Position numbers and translations under genes: made by a program
Assembly: GCA_964016885.1 (NCBI GenBank)
Contig: OZ024742.1
Span: forward strand, 355,818,001 to 355,882,000
Direction: 5' to 3'
DNA from: Eledone cirrhosa
Taxonomy: Eukaryota
DNA: 64,000 bases
Shown here: positions 52,991 through 64,000 of the stretch, piece after piece
Layout: each line of letters starts with the position of its first letter
Numbering within the stretch: the stretch's first letter is position 1
Notes under the pieces: model-generated
What the model was told of the DNA's origin: nothing
The model's input: only the letters and a program-made list of their open reading frames with translations
The model's database searches: none

Positions 52991-54102
52991 TGGGAGCCAT
53001 TTGGGATAGGGGTGTTTCTGTTGTGGTGAAACCTTTGGCCCGCCGGAACTTCATGCCGGTAACTGTTTGGGCGATAGACTCTTGCGTGGTCGTTGCTGTA
53101 AGGGGGTCTGGTTCTTTTGTTGTTTCGTTCAGTATTCATGTGTCTTTGATTTTGTCTCCGGTAATTGTTCTTGGTGTCATGGCAGTGGCTGTATCTGGTT
53201 CTGGTGTTGAGTATTGGGTCTGTATGTAGTTGTGTGTTTGGGGTTACCCAATATATGGTTGTTGTTGGTTTATTGTGTGTGGGTGCTTCATTTCTTGTGT
53301 TGTTGTATTTTTCTGAGTTCTGGGGTTTCCTATGGGTTTGTTTTCTGGGTTTTATTTGGTCTTTCCCATAGTTATCTTCATATTCTTGAAGCCATTGAGT
53401 CCTGGACTCCAAGATTTTCTTTGATTTTAACTCCTCTCTAGTTGTATCTGTCTGCCATAGGTTAAGGAGTTTTTCACGTACATTGCCGCTGCTTCTTTTG
53501 TTTATTTCCTCTTGGATGGTGGTGTCGCATTTTTCAAATTTCTCCTTGAATTTTGGCATTCTTAGGCGGAGTAGGGTGATTTCGGTCTCAAGTGTTTGGA
53601 GTACTAGATTTAGTCTTGTTGCAGTTTCTTCCTTTGATTCCGATGGTATTTCTTTAATTCGGAATTTTCTCGGGAGGATAACTGGTTCCTTGCTACGCCA
53701 TATTTCGTATGTGTCTGCTAGGTTTTCACTCCTCAAGGCTTTCCAGTATGACTGTTTTCTTTGATTTAATAGTTGGTTCCAAATGTTTTTCATTTGGTTC
53801 CTTTTTCTGTAGGCTTCTTTTTCTAGATTCAGTTCATTCCATTCTTTGAATGCATTATTGGTGATGTAGTTCTGTTCATGTGTAGCTATTTCAGGGGAAA
53901 AGGTTTGTTCTTGTTTTTGTCGGTCTGTAATTAGTGAATCAAATTTTTCCCTATAACTGCGTGTTTGTTGTTCGATTTCTTGTACGGCATTCGTAAGGGA
54001 ATCATATTTATCTATTATTATGGTGAGTTTTTCTGATATTTCCTCTAGTAGTGTCTCCGATTTGAGGGATTCAGTAGAGGATTTTGAACGTGTGTTAGCC
54101 AT
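52864..54102 (-). CDS. Upstream ORF1 of the PLE (412 aa; predicted helical/coiled-coil N-part, basic low-complexity C-part)
   Basis: Uninterrupted ATG-initiated ORF just downstream of the 5' terminal repeat; overlaps the RT frame. Confidence 0.7.
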   Translation of the reverse strand: MANTRSKSSTESLKSETLLEEISEKLTIIIDKYDSLTNAVQEIEQQTRSYREKFDSLITDRQKQEQTFSPEIATHEQNYITNNAFKEWNELNLEKEAYRKRNQMKNIWNQLLNQRKQSYWKALRSENLADTYEIWRSKEPVILPRKFRIKEIPSESKEETATRLNLVLQTLETEITLLRLRMPKFKEKFEKCDTTIQEEINKRSSGNVREKLLNLWQTDTTREELKSKKILESRTQWLQEYEDNYGKDQIKPRKQTHRKPQNSEKYNNTRNEAPTHNKPTTTIYWVTPNTQLHTDPILNTRTRYSHCHDTKNNYRRQNQRHMNTERNNKRTRPPYSNDHARVYRPNSYRHEVPAGQRFHHNRNTPIPNGSHFLGLGASHQMKEKKKKAPPFKWHLTRKNQSNQKQSIYQPRN

Positions 54103-54299
54103 TCTTGTACAAGGGGATAGAATAGTGGAAAATGTGTGTAATCCTTGGTACAGTTAGGTATATTGAGACAGGGGGGAAGAAGAAAAAAATGGCTTCACTT
54201 GTGCTTTCAACAAATTTATTTTCTTCACAAAATCCAAAAAGAATTTTTTTCCGGATTAGAAAAAAATTTTCTTAAAAAAAAAATATATATATACGGGAT

Positions 54300-54412
54300 A
54301 ACAAGTTATCGTTGTAGGTAATCCACTTAGAGGTAGTCAATTTACGAGATTTAAACAACCGTGATTCGAACCAGCATCTCCAAAATAAATGGCAGACCAC
54401 TTAGACTTTAAC
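54300..54412 (-). mobile_element. Possible tRNA-derived SINE fragment (different family)
   Basis: Minus strand agtctaagtgg ... GGTTCGAATC with A/B-box-like spacing. Confidence 0.4.
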
Positions 54413-55422
54413 GTATGAAATCCACATTCTTACACAGCCTACTTCTGAACCATAAACTTCTAAAACCCCTTCCAGCCTCCCTACATGTATACCACCAAGA
54501 TAGGACGGCAATGTCTAGAAATATTTACCAATTATCTTGTCAGCCCATAAATCAATCTCGTCTCTGCTGTTGTTTATTCTTTCGGACCACACAATTATAT
54601 CTACGTATCTCATATTAGCACCCATGATCTCTAATAGATGAACTTAATTCTAAGTGCATTATCTTATTAGCCTTACACTCCTTTGAAACTCTTATTTTCT
54701 TCTTCTTATTATTATTATCATCTCAATGTACCCTATCCCTAATTTTATTCATCATGTTCTCTATCTATTTACCATGCATGTTTTATTGTTGATGTTATTG
54801 TCTTAATTATACGCTATTTTGTTATTGATGTTGCGAAAACTAAACCACCATTATTCGAACTACAATCCTAAAATTTAGAATAAACCACCTAAACCTTTAC
54901 ATACTGAATCCACAATTTCACTTAATACCAGCTACCAAGGAACCATAAATCTCTATACACTCCCTCCATCAATCTCACTAAGTTGATACAACAGGAGAAA
55001 ATACCTAATACAAGCGCTTATCTGTCAAACCATAAATCAATCTCCGTTTTATTGTTGGAAGGGTTTCAGGCCCACAGCTCACTTGTATCTAGATCTCTCA
55101 TAATTGCACTTTAAGTGTAGATTCCAAAATCTGACTCTAAATACATTTTATTATTTATCCTTTCATCTATGTTAATTCATCCCTCAACTACTAGCTCTAA
55201 TGTACCCTACGGTAGATTTCGCATGTCACTTCATAAATCTGTATCATCTCTGTTTGTTTGCCATGCTTGTTTTATCATTATATTCTATGTCTTACTTGCT
55301 TGTATTGGTGTTATTGTTTTAATCATTCACCATCTAGATATTTTGTTACTGATGTTATTGTTCTGGTCTAACACCACTCTTCTATAAATACCATGCCTTG
55401 CGTATTATCCTCATATACATGC

Positions 55423-55545
55423 GCTCTGATGTATTGACTGGTTGTAAACAAAGTATTGGAGATCGATTGACGCAACAGCAAGCGATTAGCGAGCTCTAGA
55501 CCTACCTGATCAACGAAACAATTGTCAGCAGAGTGAATAAAACCT
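55423..55545 (+). ncRNA. Hammerhead-like motif with long stem II, then AATAAA
   Basis: gct-CTGATGT-aTTGA...TCAAc-GAAA-CAATTG-TC-agc. Confidence 0.55.
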
Positions 55546-55585
55546 TTATTGTACAGCCAACCATGTCACTCTTCTTTCTTGAATG

Positions 55586-55620
<35 letters not shown>

Positions 55621-55700
55621 TCTATATGTTCTCTAACGATATATGGCTCTTTCTTTATATACATATACAAACTACTATGTCTTCTCTAACGATATATGGT

Positions 55701-55749
<49 letters not shown>

Positions 55750-55761
55750 GTATAAATATAT

Positions 55762-55950
55762 TGCACTCAGTGCTCCTGTGGGAACCCCTACATGGACACA
55801 CTGGAAGAGGAAGACCAAGGTTTCCGTATGTTGATGGCCTAAGGACAGACACTGGTCTGTTGGAGACGCAGGACATGGCAGCGGTAATGAGGGACAGAGA
55901 GCGTCTGGAGAGAACTCATCCATGGATATCTAGAATTTTACCTGCCCTAG
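55762..55950 (+). mobile_element. RTE-like LINE 3' end
   Basis: VLLWEPLHGHTGRGRPRFPYVDGLRTDTG..MRDRERL. Confidence 0.7.
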
Positions 55951-55973
55951 ATATATATATATAGATATATATA

Positions 55974-56746
55974 CTACCAGCAGTACCCACCGTTGCCTAG
56001 GTAGGAAAATAAAATCTGCTTTGATGAAAATGTGTTGATCTTAGCGACTGCTTCTCTATGACTCATCTATGGCAACACACAGGCCATGCGAGGTAGGGTG
56101 GTGATGACCTCTATCACTGAGAAACGCGGGTGACTGACGAAGAGGCATGCTGGGGAGGGGGTTTCGAATTTGAAAGAAATCGGTTGAAAAATGTGGGAGC
56201 TAGAGCCGAAAAGGTGGTATTTTTTTAATATTTAATGGGCCGCCACCCCCTTCCTAAACCAAATATCCAAAATGTAAAGCCACTTTAAGACATGAAATAA
56301 TCCGATCTAGTGTAGTGTACATTTTGAACAAAGTAGGTTGATTAATATGGGAGCTAGAGCCGAAAAAGTGGAAATATTAGTCTAAAAGTGGTATTTTTGA
56401 ATATTTAAGCGGCTGCCACGCCGTCCCTGATCAACAAATGGAAATTGTAACGCCATTACAGGATGTGCAATGATAAATTCTATTTTGAAATCGGTGGCAT
56501 AATGTGGAAGCTCGAGCCAAAAATCTTACTTTTCGATATCTAAAAAAATGTGACACCCCTATCGATTTTTATCTGCAGAATTACCCCGGAATAAAAAAAA
56601 CCCATACGCTGATACATAGAAAACACTCACCCATGACTAATCTATGAGCCTGTAAAGTTTTATGAAAATTGGTCGTAAGATGTAGGCCCCTATAGGTAAA
56701 TAAAAGACACACAGACACACACACACTTAATTGTGTATATATACAG

Positions 56747-56747
<1 letters not shown>
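55974..56747 (-). mobile_element. Non-autonomous Helitron-like element
   Basis: Minus strand begins A|TCTGTATATATA and ends with a decayed hairpin then GTAG|T; internal repeats of gagctagagccgaaaa. Confidence 0.65.
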
Positions 56748-56777
<30 letters not shown>

Positions 56778-56811
56778 AGTGTGTGTGTGAGTGTGTGTGT
56801 GTGTGTGTTTG

Positions 56812-56842
<31 letters not shown>

Positions 56843-56880
56843 ATAAACTACTATGTGTTCTCTAACGATATGTGCTCTCT

Positions 56881-56934
<54 letters not shown>

Positions 56935-57139
56935 TAATTAAAATAACAGATTAAAGTTTAAGCAAAAAATCGCTGCTTTCACCCTTAACGGGATCTTCTG
57001 AAACTACCAAAGTCAATCTGTGAACGCAGAAGTGAATATTTCAAAAATATTGATCATCTAAACAAACATTCATTTATCTTTTCCGCTGAGAAATATAATC
57101 ATCATACTACATATTATATATGTTAACTTAGTATATTTA

Positions 57140-57905
57140 TATAATTGTTTCTACTTTTGGCACGAAGCCAGCAATTACCCATTGCATTACTGGTACTTTA
57201 TTTTATCGACTCCGTTAGGATGAAAGGCAAACTTTACCTCGGCGGGATTTGAACTCAGATCATAAAGGGCCGTAGCTCTTTGCTGCAAAGCATGGCGTCC
57301 GACCCTTTGCCGATGCTGCAAATCCTCTGAAATATAAATGTTTCTTCTTTGGCACAAGGTCAGCAATTACCCAGTGTATTACTGCTACTTTATTTTATCG
57401 ACCCCGTTACGATGAAAGGCAAAGTTAACCTCGACGGGATTTGAACTCAGAATGGCAAGGGCCGTAACTCTATGCGTCAAAGCATGGTGACCGACCCTCT
57501 ACCGATACTGCCAATCCACCGCTATATAATGGTTTCTGATTTAGACACATGTCAAACAATTTTGGCGGTTGGGAAAAGTTGATTAAATCGACACAAGTTT
57601 CCTGTACTTTAGTTTATCGACACCGTAAGGATGAAGGGCAAAGTTTACTTCAGCGAGTATCTTAGATATAATTGTCTCTACTTTTGGCACAAGGCCAGTA
57701 ATTATCCCACTGTATTACTGGTACTTTATTTTATCGACCCCATATGGATGAAAGGCAACGTTAACCTCGGTGGCATTTGAACACAGACCGTAAGGGGCCG
57801 AAATTCTATGCTGCAAAGCATGGCATCCAACCCTCTACCGATGCTGCCATTCCATCGATTATAATTGTTTCTACTTTTGGCACAAGGCCAGCGATTATCC
57901 CAGTG
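57140..57905 (-). mobile_element. Tandem array of five full or partial SINE copies
   Basis: Repeated ttggcacaaggccag...gatgaaaggcaaag...gggatttgaactcag units. Confidence 0.85.
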
Positions 57906-59850
57906 TACAGATACCCCCCCCCAAAAAAAAAAAATAATAATAATAAATAATAAAAAATAATAATATTAAATAAATAAAATTACAAAACCACTATAGGAAT
58001 ACAATGAGAGTAAACAGCGATAATCACTGAAGATGTCACATAAATGTGTGACAAAAGAACTTATATTTGTAACTGTTTGTCAATCAATGATAAACACTGA
58101 TTGCCAGAGAAATAATTCATTCAAGAATATGAAATTACACTGGAGCGAAAATCAATCCAAACAGTGAGTGTCTATATATTTTGGCAATATTAGGTCAACA
58201 TGACCCTCCTCAAATATAATAATATATGATTTTATAATGATGTGATGTATAAAATCATTTTAGAATTATTGTCTACACCAAATACAAATTTAAAAGAAAA
58301 GCCCCATTCATTTGTTTTATGCACTTAAATAGTTTGAATATTTCCTATAAATCATTGTTCGTAATAGCAAATGGTTTAGATTAATCAAATCAACCAAAAT
58401 TAAGTAAAAAGCTTTAAAGAATAAAAATCTGAAATTACACACAATAAATACCTATTTAGTAACAATTACATTCGTTATATTGACAGAATAAGATAGAAAA
58501 TCCTTTCTGACGGATTTCATATAGTATAATTTATTTCCAATTGCTGTTTATTTCATGTTATATAATTTAATTACTAATTGCTCTTCGGTTGTATTTATTA
58601 ATTTTTCGAGATCAGCAATATGGATGTGACTGTCTTGGAAGTGCACCATTAATCATAATCAATATTAATTATAATCAATATTAATCAGTTAATCAACAAC
58701 GAAAGCGACGATGAGATGAAATCATAATAATTTTTCCTACCCGTTCTTCATACCGTATTTGATAATATTGATTATTGATTCATATTAGCACCCGCTGAAT
58801 TATTTCTACACATAAATCATTTCATATTTTTATTTTGTTTTGTTCTAACCTTTCACTTGTCACCACATCAAGTTCTTTCTTTTTGATGTTAGCAAAAAGT
58901 CAATTTATTGGAAACTAATAACAAGAAGCTGATTAGTACAAATCCTGTTCTAGTTGTAGCTATGTATTTGGGAATGTTCAAGGAGCACTAACAGACAACC
59001 TAACTCTACAAACATCCACCAGGAGGTAATTTAATTTAGACATGGATGCAAACTTATAGTTTTAGTTTACAAGTCAGATGTTAGGTATATATTTAGCAGT
59101 GATTGACTGCGATATTGTAAAAATGATGAATACAAGCATTGCATCGATTATAGCGCCAAAGTCTCGCCTTCACACATAACCCAACTTGGTGTAACCGGTG
59201 CCACGGTGGGGACGCATAAGAGGGAGTTTGGCCGGCAGAGGTGATAAACACAACCTATGTGAGCCATGTTTTAGGCCAGCGGGATCTCCTTTACTGTCTA
59301 GCTCAGGTATACTGACCCTACTCACATTAACGCTGTCACTACTGACTAAATTGTATAAAGATTCTTTCCGTTGAAAATAAAATAAAACTAATAGGTAAAT
59401 TATATGAAATGATGCCTGAATTGCATCAGGAATTCCATCTCAGGTTCTATTATACTGATGCTAATGACTGGCTTTGTCCATTCCACTGAAGGTAATGGCA
59501 GGGAAATATGTGAGATTGAGAGGTAGTACCTATCTCAACGAGGAATGTAAGAACAATTTCTAAAACGAGAGTAAACTTAGTTGCAAACATAAAGATTTCT
59601 GCTTGTTTATCACCAGACAATTGTAGGTTCATTTATTGCAATATGTTGTACAATATTTTAGTTACTGAATATATAATAATCATAATCATGTTATTGATTA
59701 TGTAGTAATGTTCATTTGGGATTCCCTTCCTTTCATCTTCACACTTCATTTATTTATTTCCATAAATGTAAAACTATCTAATGTAAAATCATTGTAGATT
59801 ATACATGTTCAGCAATGATTGGAAATTGGAAAATGTTAAGGGAAACAACA

Positions 59851-59931
<81 letters not shown>

Positions 59932-61485
59932 AAGGTTAAACAAGGTTCAATGAATAAATCAAAGAATTAGTTTTACAATAGATTGAAAGCACTCAACAGA
60001 GTTTTTCAGGAGTTATTAATATTAATTCAAAATATTAACAAAAATTGAACTTCTTGTGATCAAATATATTTTATTATACATATTTCAGAGGTGCTGAGCT
60101 AACTTCAACAGTACGTCCTCATTAGATAAAACAAGATGATGCATGAATTACCCTGACATGGTAGATGGTTAAGACCCAGTCATGGTAGTGAGTAAGAAAT
60201 GACAAAACTCTATATTTATATACCTTAAGATTGATACATGAAAAAACTTACATATAATACATGTAATACAGAGGGTGCGTGTAAGAAAGCTTAAAAGTAC
60301 ATAACAGTAATTTACATAATTTACATAACTGTTAGAGATTCAAATAATTATTGAAGAAAGAGGAAAGAAAAAAAGACAGAGAGAAAACAGATGAGAGGGA
60401 AAAAAGTGCTAGAAAAGGTATAGAGAGCAAAAGAGAATTGATCAAGGAAAGGGAGACAAAGAGGAATAATTATAATTATAGGGAGGGATGAATTATATAG
60501 ATCTATACATAACTATACATTCGGGCATAGCTATGCGATAGAGTAAACTCGAATCATTGAATTATTTAATTATCTAGAAATATTCATCTATCTAAATCCT
60601 AAATATAACTGGGTGTAATCAATAACGGTTAATTTCCGTAGGTAATTAGTTATATATACTATCCAAACGTAATCAGGTTGACCGTTAATTTTCAAATCCT
60701 TTATGTTATTTCAGAGTAATTAATTAATTAAAGTGTATAATATTTTAGGCTATAAACGTTTATAAATATCTGTATTAATATTAAAGTATACTATGATATT
60801 TAATTTATAAATCATATTTTATGAATTCATATTTACACTATTTGCAAACATGAGAGAGAAGACATGCTATTTTTCATCCTCTCAAAGGTACATCTTATTA
60901 ATTTTATTATAATATATTTAATTGTTTATATTATATTGAAGATAATGCGCATTATATAATTTATAAAATAATTACAGTTATAATTTTAAAAAATTCAGTT
61001 TAACAATTAGAATTCCTTAAAGCATCAAAAGACCTTATAATTAAACTTTAAAAAGTTAATTATTAAATTAGATATATGCATTTGTCTAAATATAAACAAA
61101 GATTATATTGTCTAAAGATTAAGATGATACCTATCATTTATATATAACATAATATAATACAATAAATATGTTACCGATAATATTGTTCAAAATTAAGGTT
61201 TTAGATCAATTATTATATTAAGGTCATGTAACACATATATACTATAAATATACAAGTCAAACTTCTTGAATCATTCGGATAAGAATCTGATTCAAAGTAA
61301 AAAAGTGAAAACGTGAATATATATATATAGGAAAAGGTATGACCCCGACGGCAGAAATAGCCGTCGAAACAGCTTGAGATCTGCCGTCGAGGTCATACTT
61401 TTTCCTATTTCCCACTCTACTACCCTAAGTATTGAGTACTCTGGTGCGTTATGGTCCATCTAGTTCCTTACCACAATTCCTTTGT

Positions 61486-61550
<65 letters not shown>

Positions 61551-61683
61551 GTGAGGTTTTTTTTTACAAATTGAAAAATAACCGAGGTGTCCTACACGAG
61601 TGAAAGTATAAAGAAAAAGAGATGAAATCGAAAATGCAACTGGAGTCTTATTTTTTGAAAAAAAAAAAAAAAATTATTTGGCT

Positions 61684-61721
61684 CCTTTACCGGTTTCGCA
61701 GTTCTTCTGCTTTTCAAAAGG
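61684..61721 (-). ncRNA. Minimal hammerhead with mutated core
   Basis: cctt-TTGAAAA-GCAGaagaaCTGC-GAAA-CCGG-TA-aagg. Confidence 0.65.
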
Positions 61722-61957
61722 TGAGTTGAGATGGAGGATCTGTGGTTTTTCTCACATTTGGTTGGTCTCTGAATGTTACTTTTTTATATGGAAAAAGTGA
61801 CTCGAAATGCCAGGTTTTTCGAGAAGTAATTTGATTGGTTTGTCAATAATTATAATAAATTTCGCGCCAGTTCGCGTTACAATAGTTCTTCAAATAACAG
61901 GGGGTGGTTGTCACAGGTTGTTTTTTCATATATGAGTGTTTGAATTTATTTTTACTT

Positions 61958-62394
61958 GAAAAGGCGGCTCACGAAGGCTTTTTTTGGTTGGTTATAAATG
62001 AAATTATGGCTGTCACGTGAACAAGTTTCCATTAAATTGTTCGTGCCCTTATTTGGAAATACATTCTGTAGTCTTTTTAGAGAATGTTATGATAAGTGAA
62101 AGATAATGGTCAAGAGAAAGGGATGGGAGAATTGTTCTGGTTCAGTGAATATGATTAGTTCGCTGGTGTGTCAGAATTCAGATTTTCTATTTAAGAAAGA
62201 CAGTAAAGATATGTATGTTTATTTGTGTGCTTGTGTGTGTGTGTGTGCGTGTGTGTGTGTTTGAATTTCTTTACTTTAAAAAAAGGTGGCTCACGAAGGC
62301 TTTTTTTAATAAACGTGATTTGATTAGTTATAAATAAAATTTGGCTGTCACGTGAACAAGTTTTCATTACATTTTTGCGCCCTTATTTGGAAAT
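61958..62394. repeat. Direct repeat of ~105 bp (61958-62061 and 62280-62394)
   Basis: aaaagg(c/t)ggctcacgaaggc...cccttatttggaaata occurs twice. Confidence 0.8.
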
Positions 62395-62920
62395 ATATAT
62401 ATATATATATATATTTAGTTTTGTAATAAACAGCATAAAATAATTATTTCATTTACCAGTGGTTTCTTGATGTTATGTCTGTCTTCAGTGGTCAGAATGA
62501 ATAAAAACACATGGTGTATTAATTAAATATGGATTTGAAAACAAAAACTAGGAAATATGAAAGTGAGGCTGGAAAATAAGAGCGAAAAGGAAATAGGGAA
62601 AAATAAATATATATATATATATATAAATATATATATCCCGAACGTAAACATACACAAAATCAACTACGCGCATATACTAAAAAGTACATCGACGGGTACT
62701 TTCTCACATAAGCGTATTTGCGTCTACATAGAAATACGGACAGGAGAATAAATTCATACAGATACATATACACAGATATATACATAAATATATACACATG
62801 CATATACACAGATATATATGCACTCAAAAATGTACACACGAATACGGACAGTGGTTAGGAAGCAGGAATAACAGAATAAATAAATAAGAACAAAAGATCC
62901 AAAAATATATATATATATCT

Positions 62921-63066
62921 ATATATGAAAGACGTAAAATAAGAAAATTATAAAAATTAACTTACTTACTAAAATTTCACTCAAAATAATTTGTTTCTGA
63001 AAGGGAATAAACTTGGTTTCCGAAAGGAACACATGGAGAAGGGCTTTCGTCATCAGGAAGTCTATT
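62921..63066 (-). ncRNA. Hammerhead-bearing fragment homologous to 50111-50262
   Basis: aatagacttc-CTGATGA-cGAAAG...CTTTCa-GAAA..., then ttttagtaagtaagttaattttt...ttttacgtctttcata as at 50203-50260. Confidence 0.7.
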
Positions 63067-63076
63067 TATATATATA

Positions 63077-63133
<57 letters not shown>

Positions 63134-63279
63134 GAAAGTAAAAATCAAAATCAAAAACAAAATTAAAGTAAAGTAAAAAGAGGGGGACCTATTGACAATG
63201 ATAGGTGCGAGTGTGTGTGTGTGGGGTTGGGATGAATAAACACAACTTAAATATAAACAAATACACAAGATATCCATAA

Positions 63280-63322
<43 letters not shown>

Positions 63323-64000
63323 TGCATACATACCTATACACACATACCTATACACACACACGTATATATGTGTATGTATATATATATATATATAAAATAA
63401 ATATACGTACACATACACATACATGTGCATGCATATGCATATACATATATATATATATACATATATATATATGTATATATAGGTATATATATATATATAT
63501 GTATATGTATGCACATGTATGTGTATGTGTACGTATATTTATTTTATATATATACATACACATATATACGTGAGTGTGTATGTGTGTGTGTGTATAGGTA
63601 TGTATGCATGTATATGTGTATATATTTATATGGTTATGCATATATACACACACATATACACACATACACACACACACATATATACACACACACATACATA
63701 CACATATAGACACACACATCCACATGCATACACATACAAAAAACACTACAATAAAATAGAAAAATGAATTTCAAAGGTACATAACCCACGTACATACGTA
63801 CACAAATCCAGGATACAGTTGCAGGGTAAATGTAACACCAAATCTATTGTATATGAGACCAAATTGACACCAATGATTAATAACTAGACAGCAAGGAGTG
63901 AACGATATTTTGGCGTGACTCAGAACAGATTTAAAACCTGGTATCATGCACATGTCGCTTCCTTCAAATACCGTGAAAAAAGAACAGCAACGGCGCTGAA

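Larger units (their letters stand above)
43888..54275 (-). mobile_element. Penelope-like element with terminal direct repeats (pseudo-LTR) and nested insertions
   Basis: 43888-44045 matches 54127-54275; RT/GIY-YIG coding region 50662-54102; the intervening microsatellite-rich 3' region carries other elements. Treating the span as one element is inference. Confidence 0.7.

Noticed and set aside
58945-59030. Possible host exon (ttctag...GAG|gtaatt)
   Set aside because: Short, no recognisable protein, no supporting neighbouring exons
59150-59330. GC-richer island, considered as a LINE 5' ribozyme
   Set aside because: Could not assign HDV or hammerhead pairings
60130-61300. AT-rich tract behind a degenerate hammerhead, possibly a decayed PLE ORF
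   Set aside because: No RT or GIY-YIG motif recoverable by eye

Overview
AT-rich, microsatellite-dense eukaryotic DNA with no recognisable host gene. The SINE and repeat content suggests an octopod cephalopod (inference). The window is almost entirely transposon-derived. (1) R4/Dong-like non-LTR retrotransposons with a restriction-like endonuclease form two tandem arrays: a minus-strand family in (TAA)n at 4.1-10.4 kb and plus-strand families each bounded by (CATA)n at 18.9-29 kb. (2) There is a decayed CR1-type LINE at 34-35.9 kb and several RTE-like 3' ends. (3) A Penelope-like element (RT plus C-terminal GIY-YIG) spans about 43.9-54.3 kb. Its intact 412-aa upstream ORF is joined to the RT frame by an in-frame U UUU UUA -1 slippery site. 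(4) More than a dozen minimal type-I hammerhead ribozyme motifs from several non-autonomous PLE-like families occur, often inside inverted repeats, including a 4.4-kb palindrome. Several have a non-canonical base of stem II. (5) Many tRNA/Nin-domain SINEs and a non-autonomous Helitron are also present. All calls were made by eye; no searches were run.
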